This document shows, in pieces, positions 21,163 through 29,029 of a DNA stretch of 54,565 bases; position 1 is the first letter of the stretch; each line of letters begins with the position of its first letter. Position numbers and translations under genes: made by a program. A model generated the notes under the pieces. That model did not search any database. It was given only the letters and a program-made list of their open reading frames with translations, and was not told the DNA's origin. Source of the stretch: a virus (taxonomy: Duplodnaviria > Caudoviricetes); the IMG/VR virus record IMGVR_UViG_3300044676_000159, positions 1-54,565 of that record; one strand, given 5' to 3'.

Positions 21163-21929
21163 TATCTATCTCCTATGTCGGCTAGGTTTTTCATATCTGT
21201 TGTATTACGATATTTCAAATCGTCTGTCAAGTAGAGGACACGAACATTATCCACGTGTCCTCTCAATTCTTTTGCCATAATCAATGTCTTGCGTACTGCG
21301 TCGGGGTCCAGTGCAATGACTGCTGTTGAGAACTGCGTGAGATACTTCTTGTGTGCATCTGACAAAGATGTCCCAAGCACAGCAACCCCGACAAAGTTAC
21401 CACCACCAACCACAGCGGCACTCACGCAGTCCTCAACAACTACGGCGACTTTACCACAACCATGAGCATATGGCAAGCCACTTTTTCCATACCTGCGCCA
21501 TTTAGGTAGACGCTTACCAAGCGCACGGCCTGTCGCATCTACAATCTTACCCTCATGCTTTATGGGAAAGACAGCGCGGTGTTCCCGAACATCATATAAC
21601 AAACCTAGTTCCTCTGCGTCAAGACCATACAGTTCTCTAGCCCACTCAGATACATCGTAATTGTATGGTACAAGGTAGGTAGGGACATCAAAGGCATAGT
21701 CGTCTGCGAATCTCTCAACATCGGATAGCTGTATACGAATATCATCCGCAGACATATGCACACGTGTACCACCCTTGAGATTGCAGGACATACGGAAACA
21801 ATTCCATACCAGTGATCCCATGTTGTTGGTCACTGTAAATGTACGTTGACCACAGTTAGGACACTTAGTTCTCACTGTAGTTCCTGCTGGTACATTCATA
21901 TCACTTACAATGTTATATATATTATCCAT
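21162..21929 (-). CDS. DNA primase (zinc ribbon + TOPRIM)
   Basis: CPNC...CFRMSC; VVEDCVSA; ALDPDA. Confidence 0.85.
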   Translation of the reverse strand: MDNIYNIVSDMNVPAGTTVRTKCPNCGQRTFTVTNNMGSLVWNCFRMSCNLKGGTRVHMSADDIRIQLSDVERFADDYAFDVPTYLVPYNYDVSEWARELYGLDAEELGLLYDVREHRAVFPIKHEGKIVDATGRALGKRLPKWRRYGKSGLPYAHGCGKVAVVVEDCVSAAVVGGGNFVGVAVLGTSLSDAHKKYLTQFSTAVIALDPDAVRKTLIMAKELRGHVDNVRVLYLTDDLKYRNTTDMKNLADIGDR

Positions 21930-21952
21930 ATATACTCTCTCCTGTGCGGCAG

Positions 21953-22849
21953 TTAAGTGCTTTTACCATGTATTTTACGTGCTGTCAATGCAGTATTTGC
22001 ACTTTCATATGTATTTTTCATGTATGGTTTTACTGACTGTGGATTAGCATGTCCTGTAACCGACATGATTTGTGCCATACCGACACCTGCCTCTACCATT
22101 TCAGTTGTGCCAGTACGACGTAGGTCAGATAGTCGCAGTTCATTTGACAATCCTGCCTCATCCATCAACTTACGTGCGTGTAAAGGCAACTTGTACTGGC
22201 TGTAAGGTATATAGCTACCACCAATAGGCTGTGGACGTGGTGCAATATATTGTTGGAACCCAAAGTCTTCATGCTGTTGACGTAACATATCAAGCAAGTC
22301 ATCATCAATAGGTAGGAACACTTCCGCCCTACGCTTTGACTGCTCAATATGCACACGCGCCTCATCAAAATCTATAGCATCCCATGTCAGTAGACGCATG
22401 TCACCTACACGTTGGCACCAAGCGTACGCCATGTGTGCAATCAGCCCAATGTTACGTGTGCTAAAATCGTCATAGGCTACGTCTAGCAGCTTTCTTATAT
22501 CATCCCTACCCCAAAGCACTTTACGTGGCGTGGACGAGCGTCTACGAACGATAGAGAAGGGGTTAAGGTTACAATGCTCCATCCTCACTGCGTAATTAAA
22601 CAGGATACGTATGGTAGACATTATATGATTAGCGAATGGAATACCTCTGTCACACCACAAATCATATAGTAGCTTGGCTTGTTTCGTGGTGATGCTTGCA
22701 TGGTCTAGAGAACCAAGGCTTGCACCATCTATCTTTGTCTCAAATGCGACACGAAGAAAGTATTGGTACGAAGCCTTAGTTTCGTCACGCAAGTTCTTGA
22801 AATCATGGGATAAATAATATTCATCCGCTATTTCCAGAACAGTCGTCAT
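21953..22849 (-). CDS. int: Tyrosine recombinase / integrase
   Basis: CQRVGD, QSK, DLRRT, TGH, PY catalytic pattern. Confidence 0.85.
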   Translation of the reverse strand: MTTVLEIADEYYLSHDFKNLRDETKASYQYFLRVAFETKIDGASLGSLDHASITTKQAKLLYDLWCDRGIPFANHIMSTIRILFNYAVRMEHCNLNPFSIVRRRSSTPRKVLWGRDDIRKLLDVAYDDFSTRNIGLIAHMAYAWCQRVGDMRLLTWDAIDFDEARVHIEQSKRRAEVFLPIDDDLLDMLRQQHEDFGFQQYIAPRPQPIGGSYIPYSQYKLPLHARKLMDEAGLSNELRLSDLRRTGTTEMVEAGVGMAQIMSVTGHANPQSVKPYMKNTYESANTALTARKIHGKST

Positions 22850-22850
22850 G

Positions 22851-23708
22851 CTATGCTGCCCTGACAAGTGACCGGAACTGAGCGGTGTTAATCCACTTGG
22901 TCACATCAAACTCACGTCCAAGCATTGTCTTTGCTTCTGTATCGTTGCCAGTCTCACGCAACTTGAACCCATTACGTTCATCAGCATAGGTTGCATAGTT
23001 GGTGAAGGCAGAGTAGAGGGACCATAGGTTCTGACCACGAGTCACCACTTCCTCACGATATAGGGCGAACATCTTTTCAGCTTGCTTGTCATTCTTCATG
23101 ATGCTTTCAAGCAGAGCCTTGACATCCACATGGACCAATGGACTTTCTGCCCACCTTTGTAGCTGTTCTGTCCTAGCATAGAAGTTATTCTTAGATGCAC
23201 TAAGTTTAAGGATGAATGATTCTATATCAAAGCCACTGGTGTTCTTACGTTTAACCTTGTCATGCTCACCGATAATCATCCCATTGAGGCAGAAGAAATC
23301 AATCGCCCCAAAGATAGCTACGTTTGAGCATGTACCGTTCACCCCATGCAAGGCGATGATACGCTGTTGTACCTCAGTCTCATGGCGAGTGGTAGTGATC
23401 TTGGCAGATACGTTAGGCAGACGAACATCCATGATGGCCATGCCATTGTTGTAGGCATCCTTCCATGTCACTACAGCACCCTCTGTTTCATGAGGCTGAA
23501 GATGCTCAGTCATGGTAGCAGCTACCTTGCGGAAGAAGTCACCGTGGTTCTCGCATTTGAAGCCATCACCGACGATGCCAATGTACTCATCAGTGTTTCC
23601 ATTGATGACATACTTCTGTCCATTCATTTTGGTGTCCTCGTATTTCACAGGGAAATCAAGGTGTTGTGGTACGTCCACAATCGACGGGTTTATATAATCA
23701 AAAGGCAT
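22851..23708 (-). CDS. DUF932-family protein
   Basis: FCLNG motif; NLWSLYSAFTNYAT. Confidence 0.7.
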   Translation of the reverse strand: MPFDYINPSIVDVPQHLDFPVKYEDTKMNGQKYVINGNTDEYIGIVGDGFKCENHGDFFRKVAATMTEHLQPHETEGAVVTWKDAYNNGMAIMDVRLPNVSAKITTTRHETEVQQRIIALHGVNGTCSNVAIFGAIDFFCLNGMIIGEHDKVKRKNTSGFDIESFILKLSASKNNFYARTEQLQRWAESPLVHVDVKALLESIMKNDKQAEKMFALYREEVVTRGQNLWSLYSAFTNYATYADERNGFKLRETGNDTEAKTMLGREFDVTKWINTAQFRSLVRAA

Positions 23709-23740
23709 ATTTCTCTCCTCTATTCGTTAAGTGATAGTGT

Positions 23741-23769
23741 GTTATACTACATATGTAATATAAAGTCAA
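23741..23769 (-). promoter_or_regulatory. Sigma70-type promoter TTGACT-N17-TATAAC
   Basis: Upstream of the DUF932-integrase-primase operon. Confidence 0.7.
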
Positions 23770-23770
23770 G

Positions 23771-24190
23771 TCAATCCCACCGATAAAATATATGATCTCC
23801 AATTTGAACAATCGGTGTTTTAGTTTCTGCCCATTCAGGCAGGACATACGTTGCATGATAATGCGTGGCACCTTCAACAAAGTCATCTAGGTTGCCATAG
23901 TACACGCCATGTGCAATACGCATGGCTGTTTGCCAAGCCTTATCATCTTTAACCTTATCTGATTTGCCATCACAGTACCAGCTAAACTGGCAACGATGAC
24001 GCACAGGGAAGTCAGGCTTCCATGAGTAGGTTGGACCTTGTGTAACTACATCACATACATTGTCAGGATACCTATTGTCTTTCACTCTATTCATTACCAC
24101 TTGGGCAACCGCAACCTGCCCAATGAAGGGCTGGTCACGTGCCTCGTGATACACGTTGAGTGCTAGGCACACAAGTGCTTCAACAAACAT
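23771..24190 (-). CDS. Cell wall hydrolase (SleB / Hydrolase_2 family)
   Basis: CLALNVYHEAR, VAQVVMNRV, CQFSW, GATHYHA, IGDHIFY. Confidence 0.9.
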   Translation of the reverse strand: MFVEALVCLALNVYHEARDQPFIGQVAVAQVVMNRVKDNRYPDNVCDVVTQGPTYSWKPDFPVRHRCQFSWYCDGKSDKVKDDKAWQTAMRIAHGVYYGNLDDFVEGATHYHATYVLPEWAETKTPIVQIGDHIFYRWD

Positions 24191-24196
24191 TAGTCA

Positions 24197-24373
24197 TCAT
24201 CCTCTTTCCATCTCCTTTAACAGTTGTGAAATGTGGTCATTCAATACACTAATTGCAGTGTGTATGTGTCCAGTGTCTTGTGGTTTGATAAGTGTACGCA
24301 GGTACTCTATCTCATCAAACAGTGCAGACACATGATTTGCTGTTGCTAAAGGATTCATATTTTTCCATTTCAT
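24197..24373 (-). CDS. Hypothetical protein
   Basis: PQDTGHIHTAISVL motif; coupled ORF. Confidence 0.55.
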   Translation of the reverse strand: MKWKNMNPLATANHVSALFDEIEYLRTLIKPQDTGHIHTAISVLNDHISQLLKEMERG

Positions 24374-24891
24374 ATTTCGCTCTCCTGTTTGACTAACCAT
24401 CTTGGTATCTCCCTCAGTTTGTATTTACCGCACCACTCAGTCGTGTTGTACTTCCACCGATAATAGTTTCGATATGCTTCAATCGGCCACAACTCATCTG
24501 TTTTAAGATGGTCATTGCCTTCACCAAAACACTGCGGATGTTTAGTAATTTTTCCATCTGGAATATGTATAGCAAGTTCTCTGAGCCGTGGCAAGAGCAA
24601 AGAACATTTGTGTACTTTGCCATAACGCCGTGTGTATTCACGCGACATCTCATCTAGCATCATCCAGCTATACACGTAGTTGCCACGTGTGTCACCTGCC
24701 CACAAAGTGCAGGGATGCTTGGCGTGTGCCTTTGGGCCACCTTGCAAGCCTTCAATGTCAGGTACATAACGCTTGACAGCGAAGGATAGCATCTGCGCTT
24801 CTTCCAATGGCATCTTGACAATGTGCTTGTCACACAACGACTTAGCAATGCCAGCAGGGTGGTGGTCAATCAAAAATCTGTTCATCATCAT
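24370..24891 (-). CDS. Pyrimidine-dimer DNA glycosylase-like protein (DenV/Pyr_excise-like)
   Basis: DKHIVKMPLEEAQMLS, HPCTLW, EYTRRYGKVH, AYRNYY. Confidence 0.65.
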   Translation of the reverse strand: MMMNRFLIDHHPAGIAKSLCDKHIVKMPLEEAQMLSFAVKRYVPDIEGLQGGPKAHAKHPCTLWAGDTRGNYVYSWMMLDEMSREYTRRYGKVHKCSLLLPRLRELAIHIPDGKITKHPQCFGEGNDHLKTDELWPIEAYRNYYRWKYNTTEWCGKYKLREIPRWLVKQESEI

Positions 24892-25033
24892 TCTCCTTTG
24901 GATACCATACCTCTACATCACACTTACAATTAGGGCAGTGCAGGGCAGTCATCATTGAATAATATTCGTTTTCGTGGTCAATGTCAAAGTCACTGCCCCA
25001 GATAAGTTCTGTGTTACAGTTCCAGCAGTTCAT
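24866..25033 (-). CDS. Small zinc-ribbon protein (55 aa, not in ORF track)
   Basis: MNCWNCNTELIWG...CPNC; ATGA overlap with upstream gene. Confidence 0.6.
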   Translation of the reverse strand: MNCWNCNTELIWGSDFDIDHENEYYSMMTALHCPNCKCDVEVWYPKENDDEQIFD

Positions 25034-25296
25034 GTGTCAGTATCCTCTGTCAACACCCACCCATTCTGGGCAGAATTTGTCTGCCAATTATCATTCACCC
25101 ATATGCAGTCATAAACTACACAGACAAACTTTCCTGTGTCTTCATCTGCCCATGCGTTCAGGTCAAACATCCTGTCACCAATCTGCACACCAAACCAGTC
25201 CTCGTCACAGCTATCTGCCATAGCATCAAATACAACTGTGTCGTAGTAGGCAGTTAGATAGCCACGTTCATAGTCAGATAATACAAGGTCACTCAT
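25030..25296 (-). CDS. Hypothetical protein
   Basis: Coupled early ORF. Confidence 0.55.
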   Translation of the reverse strand: MSDLVLSDYERGYLTAYYDTVVFDAMADSCDEDWFGVQIGDRMFDLNAWADEDTGKFVCVVYDCIWVNDNWQTNSAQNGWVLTEDTDT

Positions 25297-25490
25297 CGTA
25301 TCACTCCCAGTACCCAATTCTCTGCACAGTCTTCTGCGTATTGCTCACTGTGTCCAGTTATCTTACGCTCCTCAATGATAGCCTTGTCAGCAATCATCAA
25401 CACACTATACCCATCATCTTCCTTGAACACAACAGCCTTTCGTTCAGGATATTTGTCGGGTGTTCCATAAAACTCATGCAGTATTGTCAT
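25293..25490 (-). CDS. Hypothetical protein (HSEQYAEDCAENWV motif)
   Basis: Coupled early ORF. Confidence 0.55.
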   Translation of the reverse strand: MTILHEFYGTPDKYPERKAVVFKEDDGYSVLMIADKAIIEERKITGHSEQYAEDCAENWVLGVIR

Positions 25491-25984
25491 GCTACTTCCT
25501 CCTCGTACTCAGCTATACGTTCACTGATACCAAAATACTCGTCTAGTTCGGGGTGGTGTTCAGCAACACTCTCAACATCATCAATGCACCAGTCATCTCC
25601 ATCAATGTATTCACCGATATACATCCAGCCTTCGTCAAGGTAACGTGCGTTGACCTCAAAGCCCATGTCTACCAGCTTGTCATAGATAGGAATAGGTGGC
25701 GACCATGCAGTGTAGAAATCCAGTGACAATGTGTTAGCGTCAAAGCGATTGCAGTATGTTTCGTACACATCCCACTTGGTACCCCAATTCTCCAGACGCC
25801 ATTCATACCAGCCTTGTGGTTTATAGTCATCTGAAAAGCCAGATATCTCTAGCAACTTCTCATCCATAGGGATAAGTGTCTGGCATAGAGGTGTGTCCTT
25901 TGTGTTCATGATGTTGTAAATCATGTCAATCTGCTGACTGTCTTTGTGGTACAGTATTACACTGTTGTCTGTATGATTAGGCAT
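25487..25984 (-). CDS. DUF1281 / YubB ferredoxin-like domain protein
   Basis: MPNH, WYEWRLENWGTKWD, FYTAWSPP. Confidence 0.7.
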   Translation of the reverse strand: MPNHTDNSVILYHKDSQQIDMIYNIMNTKDTPLCQTLIPMDEKLLEISGFSDDYKPQGWYEWRLENWGTKWDVYETYCNRFDANTLSLDFYTAWSPPIPIYDKLVDMGFEVNARYLDEGWMYIGEYIDGDDWCIDDVESVAEHHPELDEYFGISERIAEYEEEVA

Positions 25985-26016
25985 TGTTCACTTTCTCCTC
26001 TATTGTTGTGTATTAA

Positions 26017-26196
26017 TTATGGATATCTTCTGTTCATATGGTGTGCGACACTCTGCTGGTCAGGTTCGTCGCGGTCAAACCAATAGTCCAGCAGAGTGTA
26101 CTTCACACGTTTAGCATTGGCGCGGATCACTTGTGTCTCAGTCATCCGCCTCTTGTTTATCCGCTTGGTGCGGAATTTGTCTGTCTTCACTCGCAT
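26017..26196 (-). CDS. Basic hypothetical protein
   Basis: MRVKTDKFRTKRINKRR...; purine-rich RBS. Confidence 0.45.
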   Translation of the reverse strand: MRVKTDKFRTKRINKRRMTETQVIRANAKRVKYTLLDYWFDRDEPDQQSVAHHMNRRYP

Positions 26197-26308
26197 TCTT
26201 ATCCCTCTTTCTATTGTATTTCTTTTTGTTTGGCACAACCTGTGCGCGTCTGCGGCTCTGCATCATAGCTTTTGCCACAGGATTTACTCTAGTGATGCGG
26301 TCACTCAT
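26138..26308 (-). CDS. Small basic protein with ArfA-like motif (56 aa, not in ORF track)
   Basis: MSDRITRVNPVAKAMMQSRRRAQVVPNKKKYNRKRDK... Confidence 0.55.
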   Translation of the reverse strand: MSDRITRVNPVAKAMMQSRRRAQVVPNKKKYNRKRDKNASEDRQIPHQADKQEADD

Positions 26309-26310
26309 TG

Positions 26311-26490
26311 TCAACCCCTAAGTTCGTAGATCATCATCCTCAATTCGTCTTGGTATTCCTGTACCCTTGACCAGTCATCATCAGACAGACGGTCTATCTG
26401 TTTTTCTGTCAACAGGTGATGGATATTATACAGGTCAACGATGTCACCATTGGGATAGCGTTCCAGCCTAGCAAAGTCTTGTCGTTTCAT
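26311..26490 (-). CDS. Hypothetical protein (59 aa, not in ORF track)
   Basis: GAGGTGA RBS; MKRQDFARLERYPNGDIVDLY... Confidence 0.6.
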   Translation of the reverse strand: MKRQDFARLERYPNGDIVDLYNIHHLLTEKQIDRLSDDDWSRVQEYQDELRMMIYELRG

Positions 26491-26494
26491 ATCA

Positions 26495-26890
26495 TCACCT
26501 CTTTTGTTTTAATGTACTAATATATAAGCGCAGGGCGGGGAAGTCGCATCTCAAAACGTGCAACAATCACCCGCCCCACTTCGACAGGCTTTCGTTCTTC
26601 TTCAGACCTACTAACCTGTCGCAACATCCAAGGCTGTCCACGAACGCGCGAACTACACCAAGGAATACAAACCGGTGGGCAGTTTAACGACACTTGCCCA
26701 AGGTCGGACGACCGGATGCCATTCAGACCGGTAACAGACTAACACTGTTTCTAGTGAAGGCTTACAGTGAACGCCCACCTGTGTCTTATTTACAGTCGTT
26801 ACAGGCTTAACCGTGTTTATACTCACTCGACTATTAGGTGGGGCAGTGATCGTATCACACGCCCCTGCCATCCCACTACAATCTGGGTTG
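26495..26890 (-). ncRNA. Putative structured non-coding RNA (~400 nt)
   Basis: Intergenic and GC-rich; stems GGGCGGG/CCCGCCC, CGACAGG/CCTGTCG, CCCACCT/AGGTGGG and a pseudoknot. Confidence 0.55.
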
Positions 26891-26892
26891 GC

Positions 26893-27141
26893 CTATTCAT
26901 ATCTACTGGAATCAATCGGGCCACTAAGCGTCTGCGTAGTGTCAAGATATCTCAGATATTCTATCACTTCTGACAGGTCAAGATAACCCTTTACATCAGG
27001 TTCACCCTCTACAGACACCTCACACATATGCTGGTCAACATGTCCATACGCTCCGCCTTCACGTCCTTTGCTATTCTGAATGATGCTCACTTCCCTGCCA
27101 TCGGGAAGCTGTAGCTTGATAATGTTATGTGGTATAGTCAT
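26893..27141 (-). CDS. Hypothetical protein
   Basis: GAGGT RBS; 82 aa. Confidence 0.55.
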   Translation of the reverse strand: MTIPHNIIKLQLPDGREVSIIQNSKGREGGAYGHVDQHMCEVSVEGEPDVKGYLDLSEVIEYLRYLDTTQTLSGPIDSSRYE

Positions 27142-27149
27142 ACCTCACC

Positions 27150-27749
27150 TCACTTGATGTTGTGAATGCGACGCCATGTCACCCATGTAATCGCTTGCAA
27201 TTCAAACGCTTTCAGCGCACGGCCATTGACACGTGTGCGCTTGGCGGCGGCTACATATTCCGCCTGTAATGTCCTGTATTCCTTGACACCGATATTGGTC
27301 TTGTCATCTGTCAAGCCTATACGCTCACCATATGCGATGTTTCGCGCATGTCCATCAATGGTGCAAGTGTCATCACCAATGATGTTGCGATAGAAAGAGA
27401 CAATCTTCTGGCCATTGAGTATATCAATGACGCCATCATGGTCAGGCATTGCCTTGAGTATAGACCATGCTTTTTGTTTCATCTTGTGGTATGTGGACAC
27501 TTTGACACTATCTATTCCATCACCATTGACACGAGCCGTACATAGATCGCGCGTATTGACAATGTTTCTGTCCCATTTATTGTTGGGCGATAATGCCGCA
27601 CAGACACCTGTCACAATATGGACAGGCAGGTCTAAGTCAATGGCAATGCGGGTGCAATCACGAAATGCGTCAGCATACCAGACAATTCCATCACGTTTTT
27701 CTTCTGGCGTAGCCAGCTTGTAGATGGCAAGGATGTTTTCTGTAGACAT
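27150..27749 (-). CDS. Conserved early protein with a possible DNA glycosylase-like fold
   Basis: WY...AALSP...W..N...KIVSFY.NI...TIDGH...LQAITW pattern. Confidence 0.55.
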   Translation of the reverse strand: MSTENILAIYKLATPEEKRDGIVWYADAFRDCTRIAIDLDLPVHIVTGVCAALSPNNKWDRNIVNTRDLCTARVNGDGIDSVKVSTYHKMKQKAWSILKAMPDHDGVIDILNGQKIVSFYRNIIGDDTCTIDGHARNIAYGERIGLTDDKTNIGVKEYRTLQAEYVAAAKRTRVNGRALKAFELQAITWVTWRRIHNIK

Positions 27750-27750
27750 G

Positions 27751-27939
27751 TTACACCTCCGAATTTACAAATTCAATGGCAAGGGAAACCCAGCCACCAA
27801 TAAATGATGCAACCCCACCGATTACAGACACAATCCAAATCCAGTGTCCTGTTTCTAATGCAGCGATTGCGGCAAACACTGTTGCAATGGGAGCCAAGGT
27901 CAGCATAAAGACCAAGCCCATAAATTCCATCTTGCTCAT
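27751..27939 (-). CDS. Small two-helix membrane protein
   Basis: Two hydrophobic segments; GAGGTGA RBS. Confidence 0.55.
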   Translation of the reverse strand: MSKMEFMGLVFMLTLAPIATVFAAIAALETGHWIWIVSVIGGVASFIGGWVSLAIEFVNSEV

Positions 27940-28009
27940 GATAGTCACCTCTTGTGTGGTATGGTTAGGGGGAGCAATGCCCTACGAATAGAGCATTACC
28001 CCCACGAAG

Positions 28010-28390
28010 TCAAGCGGATTTGCGATGCGCGGCCGCACCTGTCGGCGCACACGCAAGTTCAGCAATGTCATCAATCTTGAATGCGCCAAGATCAATCGTG
28101 TGGTTTTTGCGATCCAGCGTCTTGTCAATACCGGTCAGCAACATCTCGAATGTTGTGATCGAATTAGACAAAATGCGGGTGCCAAACTCGTCTTTAATCT
28201 GACGTGCCGCATTACGGCTGGCCCTGTAGCAACGCATCTTGGACAGCTTTTGTCCCGTCTTGCGCTTGTACTTGGTAGCAACGCGAGTGAATTTGTTCTG
28301 GTTGTGTTCAGACAAATTCTGACCGGTCAGACCGGTGCCTTGGAACCAGTAGCCAACATTGACATTGATATTGATAGCTTGCTTAGACAT
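28010..28390 (-). CDS. First early gene, basic hypothetical protein
   Basis: GAGGTGA RBS; K/R-rich; GC-rich third codon positions. Confidence 0.65.
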   Translation of the reverse strand: MSKQAININVNVGYWFQGTGLTGQNLSEHNQNKFTRVATKYKRKTGQKLSKMRCYRASRNAARQIKDEFGTRILSNSITTFEMLLTGIDKTLDRKNHTIDLGAFKIDDIAELACAPTGAAAHRKSA

Positions 28391-28399
28391 GATATTCAC

Positions 28400-28980
28400 C
28401 TCGTGGTTGGTTAGGTTATGGGTGTGACATTACACCCCCTAACAACACCTGTCAAGAGTGTACCGGCGACCATGCTTAACTGCCCCGAAGGACTAGCGCA
28501 CTGTCGCCGGTATCTTGTCATAATCCCGATTTTCACCTGACTTGCTATCGTCAGTTTTTCACACCTCTTGCGTCAGCGGCATGTCCAAGGACAGCTAGGG
28601 CATCTGCGGTCGGTATAGATACTTGTCGGGTTTTCGTATAGTTAGAGTGCTTGTTTCAGCCACACCCTGCCAAAGTTTATAGTTCGCCTTGGCCTACAGT
28701 ACCCGCTACGCCAGCCTGTAGTTCATGCTTTACGCCCTCTTCACATTGACCACCCCGGAGATTTTAACTGGGCCTTGTCTTGTCATACACCTGCCGCCTT
28801 GGTAGCATGTGCTGTGTCAGGATAGTTTCCCAGCCTTGACAGACTCCGGTAGCCTACGCCCTGTCCACGTTACAGTGTGAGTTCGTTTCTTTATAGACGG
28901 CTGGCCATTTATCGCCACCACTTTAGCCGTCTTTAGTCTTGGCCACTTTATAGTCGGATCAATTCGCCTTCCCGACTGTT
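28400..28980 (-). ncRNA. Putative large structured non-coding RNA or 5' leader (~580 nt)
   Basis: No ORF of 60 aa or more in any frame from 28415 to 29136; starts just below a consensus promoter; many nested inverted repeats. Confidence 0.6.
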
Positions 28981-28985
28981 CTTTT

Positions 28986-29014
28986 AGTCTATTCTAATCG
29001 TATTCGATAGTCAA
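28986..29014 (-). promoter_or_regulatory. Early sigma70-type promoter TTGACT-N17-TAGACT with A-rich UP element
   Basis: -35 at 29014-29009, -10 at 28991-28986, A-tracts upstream. Confidence 0.65.
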
Positions 29015-29029
29015 GGGGTTTTTTATTTT

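Noticed and set aside
26653-26973. ORFs 26653-26871 (-) and 26767-26973 (+)
   Set aside because: No convincing protein features; sequence better explained by RNA stems; the plus-strand ORF opposes the operon
28528-28556. CTGACGA...GAAA on the minus strand as a hammerhead ribozyme
   Set aside because: No stem II can form, the CTGAC is sequestered in a CTGAC/GTCAG hairpin, and no stem III with an NUH site is apparent
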